DNA from: the human T2T-CHM13v2.0 reference genome, Homo sapiens
Assembly (NCBI RefSeq): GCF_009914755.1
Contig: NC_060932.1
Length of the DNA stretch: 64,000 nucleotides
Reading direction: 5' to 3' (one strand)
In this document: positions 1 through 13,427 of the stretch, one piece after another
How the letters are laid out: every line of letters begins with the position of its first letter
Numbering within the stretch: the first letter of the stretch is position 1
Notes under the pieces: generated by a model
Told to the model about the DNA's origin: nothing
Databases searched by the model: none
Seen by the model: only the letters and a program-made list of their open reading frames with translations
Program-made: the position numbers and the translations under genes

Positions 1-1857
1 CCCGAGCGCACGCTGTGTCTGGGGACAGTCCGGCCGCTGCCCCGGCACCTATACCTGACACTATCTTCCTGTGGAATTAGCCACCTGAAAAGTCTCCTGC
101 CCAGGGAAGTGCAATGCTGACACTGTCCATTTTCTGAAGAAATGAAAAGAAGAGAAATGCTGCCAGAGAGCATGTGGCACAGGCGTGGTGAGTGCATTCT
201 GCCAGCCAAATTGGGAACGTGGCACTGATGACGGCCCCAACGACGCGGAACCAGGCCTGCCCCACCCGGGGATCCAGGAATGCGGATGCTGGGGCAGAGC
301 ACCTCCTGCTCCGGGAACGCTGTGCTGGCGGCGGCAACAGCGTGTGACACCCAGTGAGGCATTTCCCCCACCCCGCCCGGCCTCTCTCTTCTCCCCTGTA
401 AAATGGAGGGAAAGACCAGCACCTGACAGGCCCTCTCTGCAAAGAACACTAGTGTGGGAGAAGCCACATTCGGTCACGTTTCTAGGGCTTAAGGTCACCC
501 CGGAAGAGAAAGGACCTGGCAGGTCCCAGGATGGGTGCGGAGGGTGGGATGAAGGGCACAGTGTGGGAAGGAGCGCCGGAGACAGGGCAGGGACAGCCAG
601 GCCGGGAAGGCCTTGGCTCTGGGCTGAGAGTGTGGCCCCTCGCGCCAGAGGCAGCAGGGACCCCTCAAAGGTGCCTGGGCTGGGACACGCAGGTCCCCGT
701 GAAGGCCACGCTGCAAGTTGGTGGGGGGAGGACCATGAGGAGGCCGGTTTGGTCCAACCTAGTACTCCCTGGACCAGATGACCAGCTAAGTCCCCGAGGT
801 CAAAGGCTTGGATCACAAGGTCACCACTGGATGAAGAGGGCACATTAGGAGGGGCTGCTCCAAGAGGGCCGCGCAGCTACCTGGAGTCGGATGCCACGTG
901 GGGGAGCACCCAGCAACAGCAGGTGGGCGGACGGCTGGCACTGTGGGACCCACACCGAGTGGTCGGGTCACCTGGCCACCTGGCATCTTCCAGACAAAGA
1001 ACCCTCGAGCCAAGGTGCAGGCAGAGACCCAGGGACCATGGGGGACCCTCCCCCATCAGACACAGAGCCACTGTGGGCCCTGCCCAGCCCACTACATTGA
1101 CAGGCACAGTAGGAAACACTCTTGCCACACGGCACCGAGCCATGGATCCCACTAGGAAGTTACTGCCACATGAGACTGCTCTGTGTGTGCGAAGGCCCAG
1201 TACACAGCGACGCCTCTCAACAGCGCCTGGTGAGGGCAAATGGCCCGAGATCAGGAGACCCCACTTCAGTTCTTTACCAAGGTTCTCCTCCCTCCATGGG
1301 CACTGGAAGGTAGTGCCTGGGTAACCAAGGCTCCAGGTCACGTAGCACTGCCCAGGCCCAGTGAAAATGGCAGGAACAGTACATTCCAGTGGGGCCAGGC
1401 CCCACACGCCAAGTGCCCGACTCAGGCTCTGCATCTCTCCTCTGCCGCTGGCCTACAGAAGGGGTCTTCAGGGGTGAAGCTGAGCCTCCAATGGATTATA
1501 TCATCTGCCTAAGCTCATACAGATGCTAGGGACTGGAGGGGGCGGGGGAACCCCCCTCAGGCTCCCACACATGGGGCCGGGGAACCTCAACAATCCATCA
1601 CACGCCAGCCCCGCTGCTCTGTGCGCCATGCTTTGGCCATGGGCTGGTTCACGTCCAAGGCTTGGACAAGATGACAGCAAATGTCCCCTTCAGCTATAAG
1701 CCTTTATGGTTTGAATTAGGGACAGATGGGAAATCCAGCTGCCACCCTTATATACTGCTGTTTGTAGCTTTGATTATAACAGATGGCCAGAAACACCCCA
1801 AATGCCCAAGCATGGAACAATCACGCCAAGGCCTCAGGTGAAGACAGGGAATGCTGC

Positions 1858-2224
1858 TGCTGCAACATGAACGCACACTCAGTGGCTCCCAGGTGAGCAC
1901 TCAGGAGCTGCAACGTGAACACACACACTCAACGGCTCCCAGGTGAGCGCTCATGAGCTGCAATGGGAACACACACTCAGTGGCTCCCAGGTGAGCACTC
2001 ACAAGCTGCAACGGGAACACAGACATTCAGTGGCTCCCAGGTGAGCGCTCACCAGCTGCAACGGGAACACAGACATTCAGTGGCTCAACACAGACATTCA
2101 GTGGCTCCCAGGTGAGCACTCACAAGCTGCAACGGGAACACACACACTCAGTGGCTCCCAGGTGAGCGCTCGCGAGCTGCAACGGGAACACACGCACTCA
2201 ATGGCTCCCGGGTGAACGCTCACG
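1858..2224. repeat. Minisatellite, ~48-50 bp unit, ~7 copies
   Basis: Repeated CTGCAACGGGAACACACACTCAGTGGCTCCCAGGTGAGC(G/A)CTCAC(A/G)AG; one copy has an internal ~21-bp duplication. Confidence 0.93.
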
Positions 2225-2702
2225 ACCAGCTTGGGCTGGACTGGCGTCTCCTTTCAGTGGTTGCCACTTTCCATGGTGTAGATGCTACCACCCCGCCCAA
2301 TCTCAAGCTGCTGAGGTGACGTCGCTGAACAGGAGTGGAGAGGAGCAGCAGCCAGCGCTGAGCGGCACCTCTGCCCCGCAGGTACAGCAGGCAGACACAC
2401 CAAGGCGAAAGGGAGTCGGGCATTAGGAAGTGCTAAGTGCGCGTTAACTTTGCTAACCTAAATCAACTGTAAGCAAGTAACTTTTTTCACAATGGATGTG
2501 TTAACGGCCAGCCCGCAAAGTTCTTGAAAATTTAAGCTGGCTCTCAGGAGCCAGGATGAGCTGGTTCCAGCACACAGCTGGGCTGCAGACATTCGTTCAT
2601 TGTACCCTGCCTACTGCCACACACTGATTTAGATGTGGCTTGAGAATGCTATTAAGTTAAAACTAGCAAGTTTTTGGAAATTAAGGAAAAAATGAATTCT
2701 TA

Positions 2703-3102
<400 letters not shown>

Positions 3103-5093
3103 TTATGACACTTCTGCCCAAGACGGCAGGCCCCTGGGAAACGGCTATGGAGCGTGGCACCCGTTTTGCTGTGCTTTTCCCGTTTTGCTGGTGCAGGGCC
3201 TTGGCTAGGCAGGTCCAGCAGGTCTGCGGCTGGACCTGACTCTGGGCTGAGCTGAGCTTCAGAGGCCAGCACTAGGGCCCCATGGTTGAGTGGAGGCTGA
3301 ATTCCGAGTCTGAATCCCAGCTCTACCATCTACTAGCTCTGTTGAGTGTCCGTTTCCTGATCTGCAGAAATCTGTAAACATCATCACCAGGCTTTTATGA
3401 GAACTGAGTCATCCTGAACAGCTCACTGTTGGCATAAACCATTAGCGAATCGTCGCCAACATCGGGGCCTGCATCGCTCACCTGAGGGAGTGGGGACTGT
3501 TCTTCTCTATGTCCACTGAGGCCTAATTCACATCTCGTCCCTCGGAAACCTCAGCCCTAGCCTGCTGGTGCTGGTGGAAGGCAGCCTGGTTTGAAGGAAA
3601 AGTGCTGGCCTCCAATTCACATTCTTCATTCACCGTCAGGACCTCAAGGAGGTCACCTTTCCCTTTGGAGCCCTGGTTTCTAGAGACAGAGGCCACCTCC
3701 TCGTGGGCCTAGCTTGGGCTCTTCCCAGGACTGAAGGGTGCGGGGTGGGCTTCCTGGCCAGTGTGGAAGAAGGGCGTCCGTTGTTTGTTCCCTGCTCATG
3801 GCTGGCAATTTGAACCCTATTTGCTACCCCATTTTGACATTTCCCTTTCCTGTTACTACATTTAGCATCTTTCTACCCAAACAGGGTCGCAGGTGGCCTG
3901 GCTTCCCCAACAGGACTCCGTGTGCACCAGCAAAGGGTCCAGAGGTGGGCAGGGAGTGTTACTTGCCAGCTTGAACCTACCCCAGGTCCTGATGCAGTCT
4001 GCCTGCCGTGGGATATTCTCCTGCGCGCTGCCAGGAGAGGGCCCTTAGACCCTGTCAGGGCTGTGGCGGTGGCCTGAGGTGACCTCCCTGATAACTACAC
4101 TGATGACAACAGGCTTTGGAGAGGTCTCGACTGGCACAGGAAAGCTGGACACAGCTCACCTCCACGTTCCGCTCTGGCCCCTCCCCCCAGCACAGCCAGG
4201 CTCCAGCAGGACTCGACCTCCTGGGATTGCGTCACTGTGAGCTTTTGCTCCCCAGCCTGGAACGGCTGTCCCCCTTGGTGACCATGATACTGGCTGTTTA
4301 AATGTGTGTCCCCGCGCTGGTCTGCCTTCCCCGAGGACAGGAATGCGCCCGCTACCTAGCAGGTGCTCGGAAGGCACTCTGCAAACCGAAACTGACTCTC
4401 CAGCACTGGGTTTGTTGCTTCATCTCCGAGTGAAGGTGCAGGTGACCACGCTCAGCTCTCCACCCACAGGAGCCATGGCTTGGCTTGTTAAGGCTTGTCC
4501 AAGGTTGTCACACTCCGAAGCCCCCGACCCACAGCAGCAGCAGTACTGAAAACCAGGTGATATGAAACCAGCAGGGAACGGCACTGACTGCTCAAATGCC
4601 ACCCCCCTTCTTCATGCAGGTGAAGCAATTTAAATGCATGAGACACACAGGCGGCCCCATTTATAAATCATGAGCGTCAGGTTACCGTGAGGGGCATTTC
4701 AACCCAGGGCACAGCGGGTGTGTCTGCAGAGTGCACTTCCGGTGTGGCTGCAGTTAAATCATGCTCGGCTGTCATGGTCTAGCAAGGGTCACGGTGACGA
4801 GGAGGACGTATTCGTATTCTGGAGAATATGAAGGACCAAAGACCCTCTGTGAACCCCACAACGATTCTAACGTAAAGCTTATAAGAACTGGTGAATTATC
4901 CGAAGAAAACACAAAGCCACAGGGAGCCAGGCTGGCCTTGGGCTTGGCAGAGAATGGGGAACTGTTTCAGAGCTTAGGTGTCAGGCCCTGGGTTTACGGA
5001 AGAGGGAGAGAGGGGCAGGCATTGCACAAAACTGCTCCGAGGTAAAAAACAAAACAAACCATGCCGTCAAAACATAGGCAGCAATTCTCATTA

Positions 5094-5671
<578 letters not shown>

Positions 5672-7649
5672 TCAAACTGGAACTCAAACTCTCAGTTTCC
5701 CCAAAGTTTTCCATTGTGTAACACATCTACACCCAAATCCTCACATATCAAGTGTCTAACAGTTACTTCCAACTCAACATTTAATGTTTCTGTGATGTTC
5801 CCAAATAGTTCACAAGCTAGAAAATACGTCTGCACATCCAAGTCCATGCTTCACTTTAAAAAGGGGGCAAACAACCTATTCTGCACCCAAAGACAAATCC
5901 TATTAACATACTATTGACATAGTTACACATGTACCTATCCTTCTGTAAGATCTAAATAGTCCGTTTTTTTTAAATGACAAAATGACCATCATCTGGGAAG
6001 CATCCTGCTGGTGGACACCTTGTATACTGATTGCTTTTAATGGCAAAGTAACTGCCGCATTTTATTCTAAAACTTACTTTCACAAAAAGCCCACTTATTT
6101 CCATAATTTAACTTTATTTTGATACATGGTTTAGGGAAATATTAAACATTTATGGAGTAATTCCCTTGAGAACAGTGCGCCCTTCCTCAGAGAGCCACTG
6201 GGCGGTGCCCAGTGGATGAGGGCACGGAGGGCTGGCCAGAGGGTAGCACTAACACATGGCCCACAGATCAACACAAACCTCCATCGGTCCCTGAGCTAGC
6301 TGGTATCCAGTCCTATCAGTTCAAACACATTTGTGCTGTTTTGTTAATATTTAATTTCCTTTTGGCTTTTGTTAAATGATCATTTTTCGGCAGAAATAAT
6401 TGATTTTTTTGGTTTTAATTCAAATGTGTATGGTTCATGTTCTAAGATTTTGAAAATTATAGCGATCTAGTAAGTTTGGAAATTGCCAAAATATGATATA
6501 TTGCTTACTATATGGGATTTAAAAACTACTGTTACTTTACCAGTGCTCATATGCACAATATTGAAAAGAGGCAGAATCGCTCAGGTTTCTCTGTAAATCA
6601 CCTCCCTGGAGTGGCACGTAAGGCCTCCTGTGATGTCGTCCTTCCCTGCCTGAAACACCACTCTGCACTGAGCTCACAGACTTCTGCCATGCTAGACTAG
6701 TCACCACTTCCATAACATGCCACAGTCTCCCCACCACACCACAGCCCAGATTGTGCCCAGGGCCACCCTTGCTTCACTGACCCCTAGTGACCCCTTGCAA
6801 CTTGGGGGCACTGCCTCCTGGCTTCCAGCCCATCTTTCTGTCTGCATTGCGCTGGGTGTCCCTCTGCCCTGTTCCCCTGTACTCCATGCTTACCTTTAGA
6901 AGCGAGCAGGTAATGCCTCATATTTTAACCGTCCTTCCTAATCTTTCTCCTCCAGACCTGGAGGGCCTCCAGGGCAAAAATCACAACCCTCACCTCAAAG
7001 CCACACGGTGTCCCTCACCGCCGCCCTCCATGCCTTCCCCGAAGTGGCGCTCCACGATCCTTGGAGCGAGTGCTCAGCAGGCCAGTGTCTCCTCTCAGCA
7101 CGCTTCTCACCTCACCGAACTGGGAGCGCCAGGTCACGTGCTCGTATCTCCAAGTGAGCTGGAGGCCTCAGGCTGCCCGTTTCACCTCCAGCCCTGGGCA
7201 CAATGCCCAGCATCCAGCAGGTAGGTGCTCCGTAAGTACTTGACGAAAGAATAACAGGCGTGTAACTCTTTGGGAAAAATTACCATAGTTGACATTTTAT
7301 TGTTTAAAAAATACAATGATCTGAAATGCAAGGAAATCCAGGCTTCCCAGTCTAAACAAAACATCCTTGCACAAGAAGTTTCTCAACTATTTTGGTCAAG
7401 ATCTCCTGAATGCTGTCCAGCCCACATACGTGGTTCTCCCTCTAGTGTGCGGTTAGCTGGTCATGGGCCACCTGTGCTGCTCCGTGGACGCCTAGGACTC
7501 CTGGGCAGCAGACGCGTGCCCGAGTCTCCGAACCCTCTCCCACTGGACTAGAGTGGGCAGTCGCAGCTCCAAGCCTGGACCTGCGTCACCATCAAGCTAT
7601 AAGTCTCCAGTCAGCAGGAAATCCAATTTTTAGCTTTGTAAAGTCGCCC

Positions 7650-7930
7650 CTTTTTTTTTCACATTTTTATTGTGATCAAATATACACAACATCGAATTGA
7701 CCTTTTTAATCCCTGTGAGCGCACAGCTCAGGGGCGGTGAGCGCACTTAGACTGCCGTGCAACCATCACCACTCACCCCAGAGCGACGCCATCTTCCCAG
7801 ACTGAAACTCTGTCCCCACAAAACATGCACTCCTCTTTCCTCCCCCAGCCCCTGGCCTCCGCCATTCTGCTTTCTGCCTCTATGAATCTGACACCTCCAG
7901 GGCCCTCCTATGAGTGGAATCACACAGCTT
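7650..7930 (-). mobile_element. Old L1M 3'-end fragment
   Basis: T-tract then TTTTATTGTG...AAATATACAC...GTGCAACCATCAC...CATTCTGCTTTCTGCCTCTATGAAT, typical of L1MB/ME 3' ends in antisense. Confidence 0.65.
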
Positions 7931-8936
7931 TCCACCGAGTCTATCCAGCTGTGGCCATTCACAGTCTTCCCCCACCACCGCATCTCCCCCTGGCCCCTGG
8001 AGGGCAGCAGGCTCCAAGCTCTCCAGCCTCTTCCAGCATCCACCACCCATTCCCCACAGAGACCTGCTCACTTTGTAACTCTGAGGAGCCCTTGAGTATA
8101 GATTTACGTAGCACCCTCCCCAACACCAGGCATGATGCTAGACGTGGGGTGCCTGCACCCACAGTACAGCTGCCAGGGGGCCGGCGCGGGGCAGAGCAGG
8201 CTGCCCTGCCCTGAGGAGCTGCAGACACGCAGCCCCATGAAAGCCCAGACTGTGGGAGGTGCTATGAAGGGCGCCTGGGAAACCCCAGTGCGAGGTACTC
8301 TTCTAGTAAAGTCTCCCCAGGTTCCTCAACAGCAGTTTCCAGCTCATCCGAGTTAGTATAGGGAGGAAAGAACCATCAGACCAGAAGCATGATGGAGAAA
8401 ATTAACCACCCGGCTGCTGTGAGCCAGGGCTGCTGCCTGGGCCACGCGGTGAATTTCTGCAGGGTTCACTCTAGTCCCCAGATGCTTGCTGTGACAAAGC
8501 CCTACCAGGTTACCCACGTGACTGCGGCAAACATGCCCCTTAGGAATTATTCCTGCCAAAAAGGAAACTGTTTAGGGTTAGCTAGGTGCTGAGTGTGGTT
8601 TTTCAAAACAGGAAGACAAACCAAGAGCGTGCTATCCACAGACATCCCTGGGTCAGTGGGTGTTTTCAGACAAAACAAAATAGGTTTACTGAACCCCTTT
8701 CAGAGTGTCATTACACACAGAGGAACTCCTAGAAAGGCATCGAGTGTACCTGAACTGCAGAAGTGCACTATTAAAATACTTGCCAACCTCCCAGGCAAGG
8801 GAATTGCAACACAGCTCAGCTTCCGAGTTTCACACAGTTGCCCAGTTAGATACATCCTGCAGAAGGAAAGTAACCAACTGCTTAGTCACCTGCTTAGCAA
8901 AGTAAGTGCTTACTCCAGGAGGGTGCAGGAGCAAAG

Positions 8937-8972
8937 CACACACACACACACACACACGCACGCACACACACA
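8937..8972. repeat. (CA)n microsatellite
   Basis: Interrupted CA run. Confidence 0.95.
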
Positions 8973-9944
8973 GCATCATGAGGTGCATTTTCACCTGAAC
9001 GTGGTAGGAATGTGTTTCTCAATTCTTGCCAAAGATGTGTTTTCAGGTGGATTTCAACACTAAGCTATGGTCAGTTGCATAAGACGGCTGCCGGTTTTAG
9101 AGACAACACGCTGAGTTCCTAAGAAGGGCTGGGCTCATGAGACTGGGCTCTGGAGGGCATGGCCTCTGCAGGTGACTCAGTGCGGGGCTGAGGCCTGGTC
9201 ATCTCTGCACACCTGCTCCCACCAGCACCCAGCATAGAATGGTCAGGGCCCCACACAACCCAGGGAGTGGAGGGCAATGACCAGCACTTAATGTATGTTT
9301 TAAAACTTCCAGTGTTTTGTGTGAGGCAGGCTTTTCAAGAGTAGACTTTTCCCAGAGGAAGAAAAGGCGAGCTTCCAGCTACAACAAACCGTATCCTAGG
9401 AATCTCGATTCACACGAAACGACAATGAAGAATGGAAAGTCTGGTGTTTTAAACAAATGGACAGATATAAAGTGAGCATAGCTTTAGTCATTACGCCCAG
9501 CCTCCTGAATTGAGACGGACAAGAATAAACCTGACTTCCCCCACAAATAAATCTGCAGACGTCACTTATTCATTCTCGGATGTTCTATTGCTCACGATCT
9601 TCGTCGAGTGGAGAGAAGTTAGGCTCTCACGTTAATCCAGTTCTAACTCATGAGTCAAACTGAGACTGCAACAAAAGAACGCCCCTTTTTTCTTTTACAT
9701 GATTTTCCTTTTCCCCTGAGTATACTTCCTGAACCAAGAAGAAAACAATCAACAGGAGGGGAGACTGGACTTCTCCTTCCCGAGGGAAAAAGGCTACATG
9801 GGAAAAACACATCCCAGCGGGAAGGGGTGCTCCAACGGAGCTGAGCGTGACTCAGAGACTGGGGGCTGGCTCTTTGGAAAGGTCGGCTCCCAAAGAGTTC
9901 CAGAGCAGCGTGGTTCCACAACACGCTTTTAAAAAGTGACCACA

Positions 9945-10120
9945 GGCCAGGCCCAGTGGTGGGGACAGTGCCTGTTGTCCCAGCACTTGGGGAGGTTGAG
10001 GTGAAAGGATCACTTGAGCCTGGCAGGTAGAGGTCAGAGGTTGCAGTGAGCCGTGATCGCACAACCACACTCCAGCCTGGGTGACAGAGCGAGACCCTGT
10101 CTCACAAATAAATAAGTAAA
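9945..10120 (+). mobile_element. Alu monomer (FRAM/AluJ right arm)
   Basis: GGTTGCAGTGAGCCGTGATCGCAC...CTCCAGCCTGGGTGACAGAGCGAGACCCTGTCTC + A tail. Confidence 0.88.
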
Positions 10121-12855
10121 ATGAGAAACCGGCTGCCCGACACTGTGATTGGATCCTAGCTCTGAGACACCACACGCATCACCTGCCGTGCTGCAGTGGA
10201 GACGCATGTCGATGTGCAGAGTGGGGCCTGCAGGACGCTTCCCAGACAAAGCCCTCCTCTCCCCTCCAGACCGTCCTGTGAGGGCAGCTGGGGGCAACCG
10301 CCCGGATCCATGGGAGGGGGAGTATCTTCCTGGGTCTTGACTAACATCGGGGCCACTTCACACCCTCCCGCTCTCCCCGCTTTGGGGCGCTGTGGGCCTA
10401 TGGGCACCGGTTTGTGGGTGTGCTCTCATCTCCTTTATGGGACTCAGCCTGGGGCTAAGAATGTACATATTTTTAAAAGTCTCCTCCAGAAGTGCATCGT
10501 TCAATAAATGGTGTGGAAATGTAGTGCATAACACACACAGCGTCACAAACGGCCAGGCTGCGGTGAGCAGTGGCTCTGCGGGCAGGCGGAGCAGCAGCAC
10601 AGCCAAGAAGGGCGACAGACGGCTCACCGGCAACGTGGTGGACACAGAACCAGAGGCTTTATCTGCACTGTTGTTCTCCAAGAGTTGCTCTGGGGACAGT
10701 GGCGAGGTCCAAGGACGCTTGCCTATGGTGCGACTGTGTAGAAGCTGGGGATGTTGCTGCCTTCGGGGAAGGGAGATGGGAGGCTGCGGGACAGGAGTGG
10801 ACGGAAACCTCACTGTCTGCCCTATGGTAACTTCTCAACTCTGAACTTGGTGAAGGCGCTGTCCATTTAAGAAAGTAGAATTCATATTTTAAAAACAGTG
10901 CCTTTGCATCCATTACAATACAGTCAAAGAAAAAAAAAAGAAAAACAGCTTCCCTTTTGAGTCAGGTCTGGGAACCGCTGGTGGGCTGGCTCTGTGGGGC
11001 AGGACCTGCTCAGGGGATGGTGCTGACAGGGTCCTCTGGGGACAGGTGGGCTGTCTCTCCCTTCACAGCCAGCCAGAGGTCTGGGCACCCCCACTGCCTC
11101 CAAGCCTTTCCTCCCAGGCCTGGGAGCCCAGCAATCCCCCCAGCACTAGGAGGGACCACTGCTTCTGCTCTAGAGCGCCTTCAGAAAAGGACGTGGCTGT
11201 GTGGAATCAAGGATTCAGGTCCCATCCTGGCCAGGCAGAAGTGGGGGCAGGGCCATTCCTGCCGGGACACAGATGGCAGCTGTGAAGGCATGGTGCATAC
11301 AGGGACAAGACAAGGGAGTGTATGGTGGCCTTCGCACGGACAGCGGGACAGCCCGAATCTCCAGGTCAGACAGAAAAGAGCAGGCAGCCCTCCTCATGGC
11401 TGGGAGCCTATCCTCAAGCTCCCTGCACAGATGAGATGAAAAGAGAGGCGCATCCCGCCAAGTGTGGCCATCATTATACGCACATTTAGCCGAGATCACA
11501 GGGAACAACTGGCAACTGAAAATAAAAACCCACAGACTCAAACTTCACCGTGAAAGAAAAACAAAATCCTCCACAGCTAAGAGTGATGACCAGGACGATG
11601 ATCAAAAGGCCCAGAGTCTTCTAAATAATCCAGCTCATGTGACAGATAGAATTTAAGAAATAAAATAAGTACTGGAATCACCGTGATTTTTAAATTTCTT
11701 AAACCTAGGTATCTAATAGGCCAGGCCCAAGTGACTTCCACAGCGGGAATGAACGTGGCTCCTGGCTGTGACAATTCTACATTGTTTTCCCACAGAGGAT
11801 GTTTAGACCAGTGGGGGAAGTGCTGTGATTAGAAACGCGGGCTCCAGTATCAGAAAGAACACCATACTCCCCCATTATCAAGAACGGGCGAGACAGTGCT
11901 GGGAAAAGAGCCTGAGGGTCTCATGAGAATACAAAGTTGCTCAGTTCGTAGCTTGCTGCAGCTCCCGTGGTACATCGGTGAGTGCCCCAGATAACAAGCC
12001 CAACACTGACCCTGGACAAGTCGCTGAGTCAAACTCCTCCATTAGGCAGCTTGCCACTCCCTGCTCTCACTCACAGGCTCCTGGGAAGAGAGCCGGCAGA
12101 TACTGTCTTCCACGAGCACCTCAATGCACAGGCCCGAGACTGGAGGCCACGCGTTGGGGGAGCCCATCTACCACCATCCTGGGTTTATACAAACACCGCG
12201 GGAAGCTGAATGTGGACCTGAATGTGTATCCCAGGCCACGCAATGTGGTAGGAGGCTATAGAATCTCTCACAAGAGGCGACGGGATTTTCAAACCTAAGC
12301 CAGCCCGTGTGCAGCGGGGAGCCGGCAGGGCGAGGACCCATCTACCGGGTGGTGACAGAGAGCTCCACCTCCAAGACTTTGCTGGGAGCCACAGAAAAAC
12401 CTGCTAGAGTTGGGAGTATTACTCCTGCTCCGGGGTCCCTCCACACACTGTCAGTCCCCCTCTGAGCACCACCTTGCAGCAACCTGTTTCCATGACTGTC
12501 CTCCCCACCGGGCCGCCAGAAAGTCAGGGGGACCCCATGTCTGCCTTCTGTGTCCCAAGACACTGCATGTGGCTCAGCAGGTCCTCCAATGTCGGAGGGA
12601 GGGCAAGGTTTGAGCAAGCCTACACAGTGGTGTGGGGATGTGACCGAGAGCAGCTCCGCCAGGTGCCCCCCGCCGCAGCAAGCACGAAGCGCAGTGGCAT
12701 CTGTGTCAATGGCGCTCTCATTCCCACAAACTAGAAAGGCTTTTTAAGAACAGGAAAAGCCGTTCCTTCCGCTGTCAGAAAAACAAAACCACTTGCCATC
12801 AACCATACTAAACCTGAAATGACATTTGCCAAAAACCTTTCAAGATTTAAATACA

Positions 12856-13013
12856 GGCCGGGTGCAGTGGCTCACACCTATCATCTCAGCACTTTGGGAG
12901 GCTGAGGCAGGAGGATGGCTTGAGCCTAGGAGGTCAAGGCTGCAGTGAGCCGTAATCGCACCACTGTGCTCCAGCCTGGGCGACAGAGACCCTGTCTCAA
13001 AAATAAATTAAAA
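12856..13013 (+). mobile_element. Alu monomer (FRAM-like)
   Basis: Single Alu arm with tail; AAATACA(G) on both flanks. Confidence 0.9.
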
Positions 13014-13015
13014 TA

Positions 13016-13427
13016 CAGTTGACCCTTGAACAACGTGGGTTTGAACTGTACCGTCCACTTACACAGATTTTCTTCCGCTTCTGCCACCCGAGACAGCAAG
13101 ACCCCCGCTCCTGATCCTCCTCAGCCTACTCAACATGAAGATGAGGATGAAGGCCTTTATGACGGTCCACTTCCACATAATGAATAGGAAATACATTTCT
13201 CTTCTTAATAATTTTCTTAGCTATGTTTTCTTCAGGTTACTTTACTATAAACATATAATACATATAATATAGAAGGTATGTGTCAACTGACTGCTTATAT
13301 TATTGGTAAGGCTTCCAGTCAGGAAGCTGTTGGTAGTCAGGTTTTAGGGGGAGTCAAAAGCTACACATGGATTTTTGACTGTATGGGGAGTTGGCACCCC
13401 TAACCTGAGCTGCTCAAGGGTCAGCTG
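13016..13427 (+). mobile_element. Tigger2a/MER28-like non-autonomous Tc1/mariner DNA transposon, complete
   Basis: TIRs CAGTTGACCCTTGAACAAC ... GCTGCTCAAGGGTCAGCTG with TA on both sides. Confidence 0.88.

Noticed and set aside
61-1434. Long overlapping ORFs (260 aa, 198 aa, 185 aa)
   Set aside because: Pro/Gly/Ser/Arg-rich composition on both strands of GC-rich DNA; no recognisable domain or splice structure.
2041-2052. GTGAGCGCTCAC resembles the symmetric lac operator core
   Set aside because: Lacks the AATT flanks and is part of a native minisatellite; not vector contamination.
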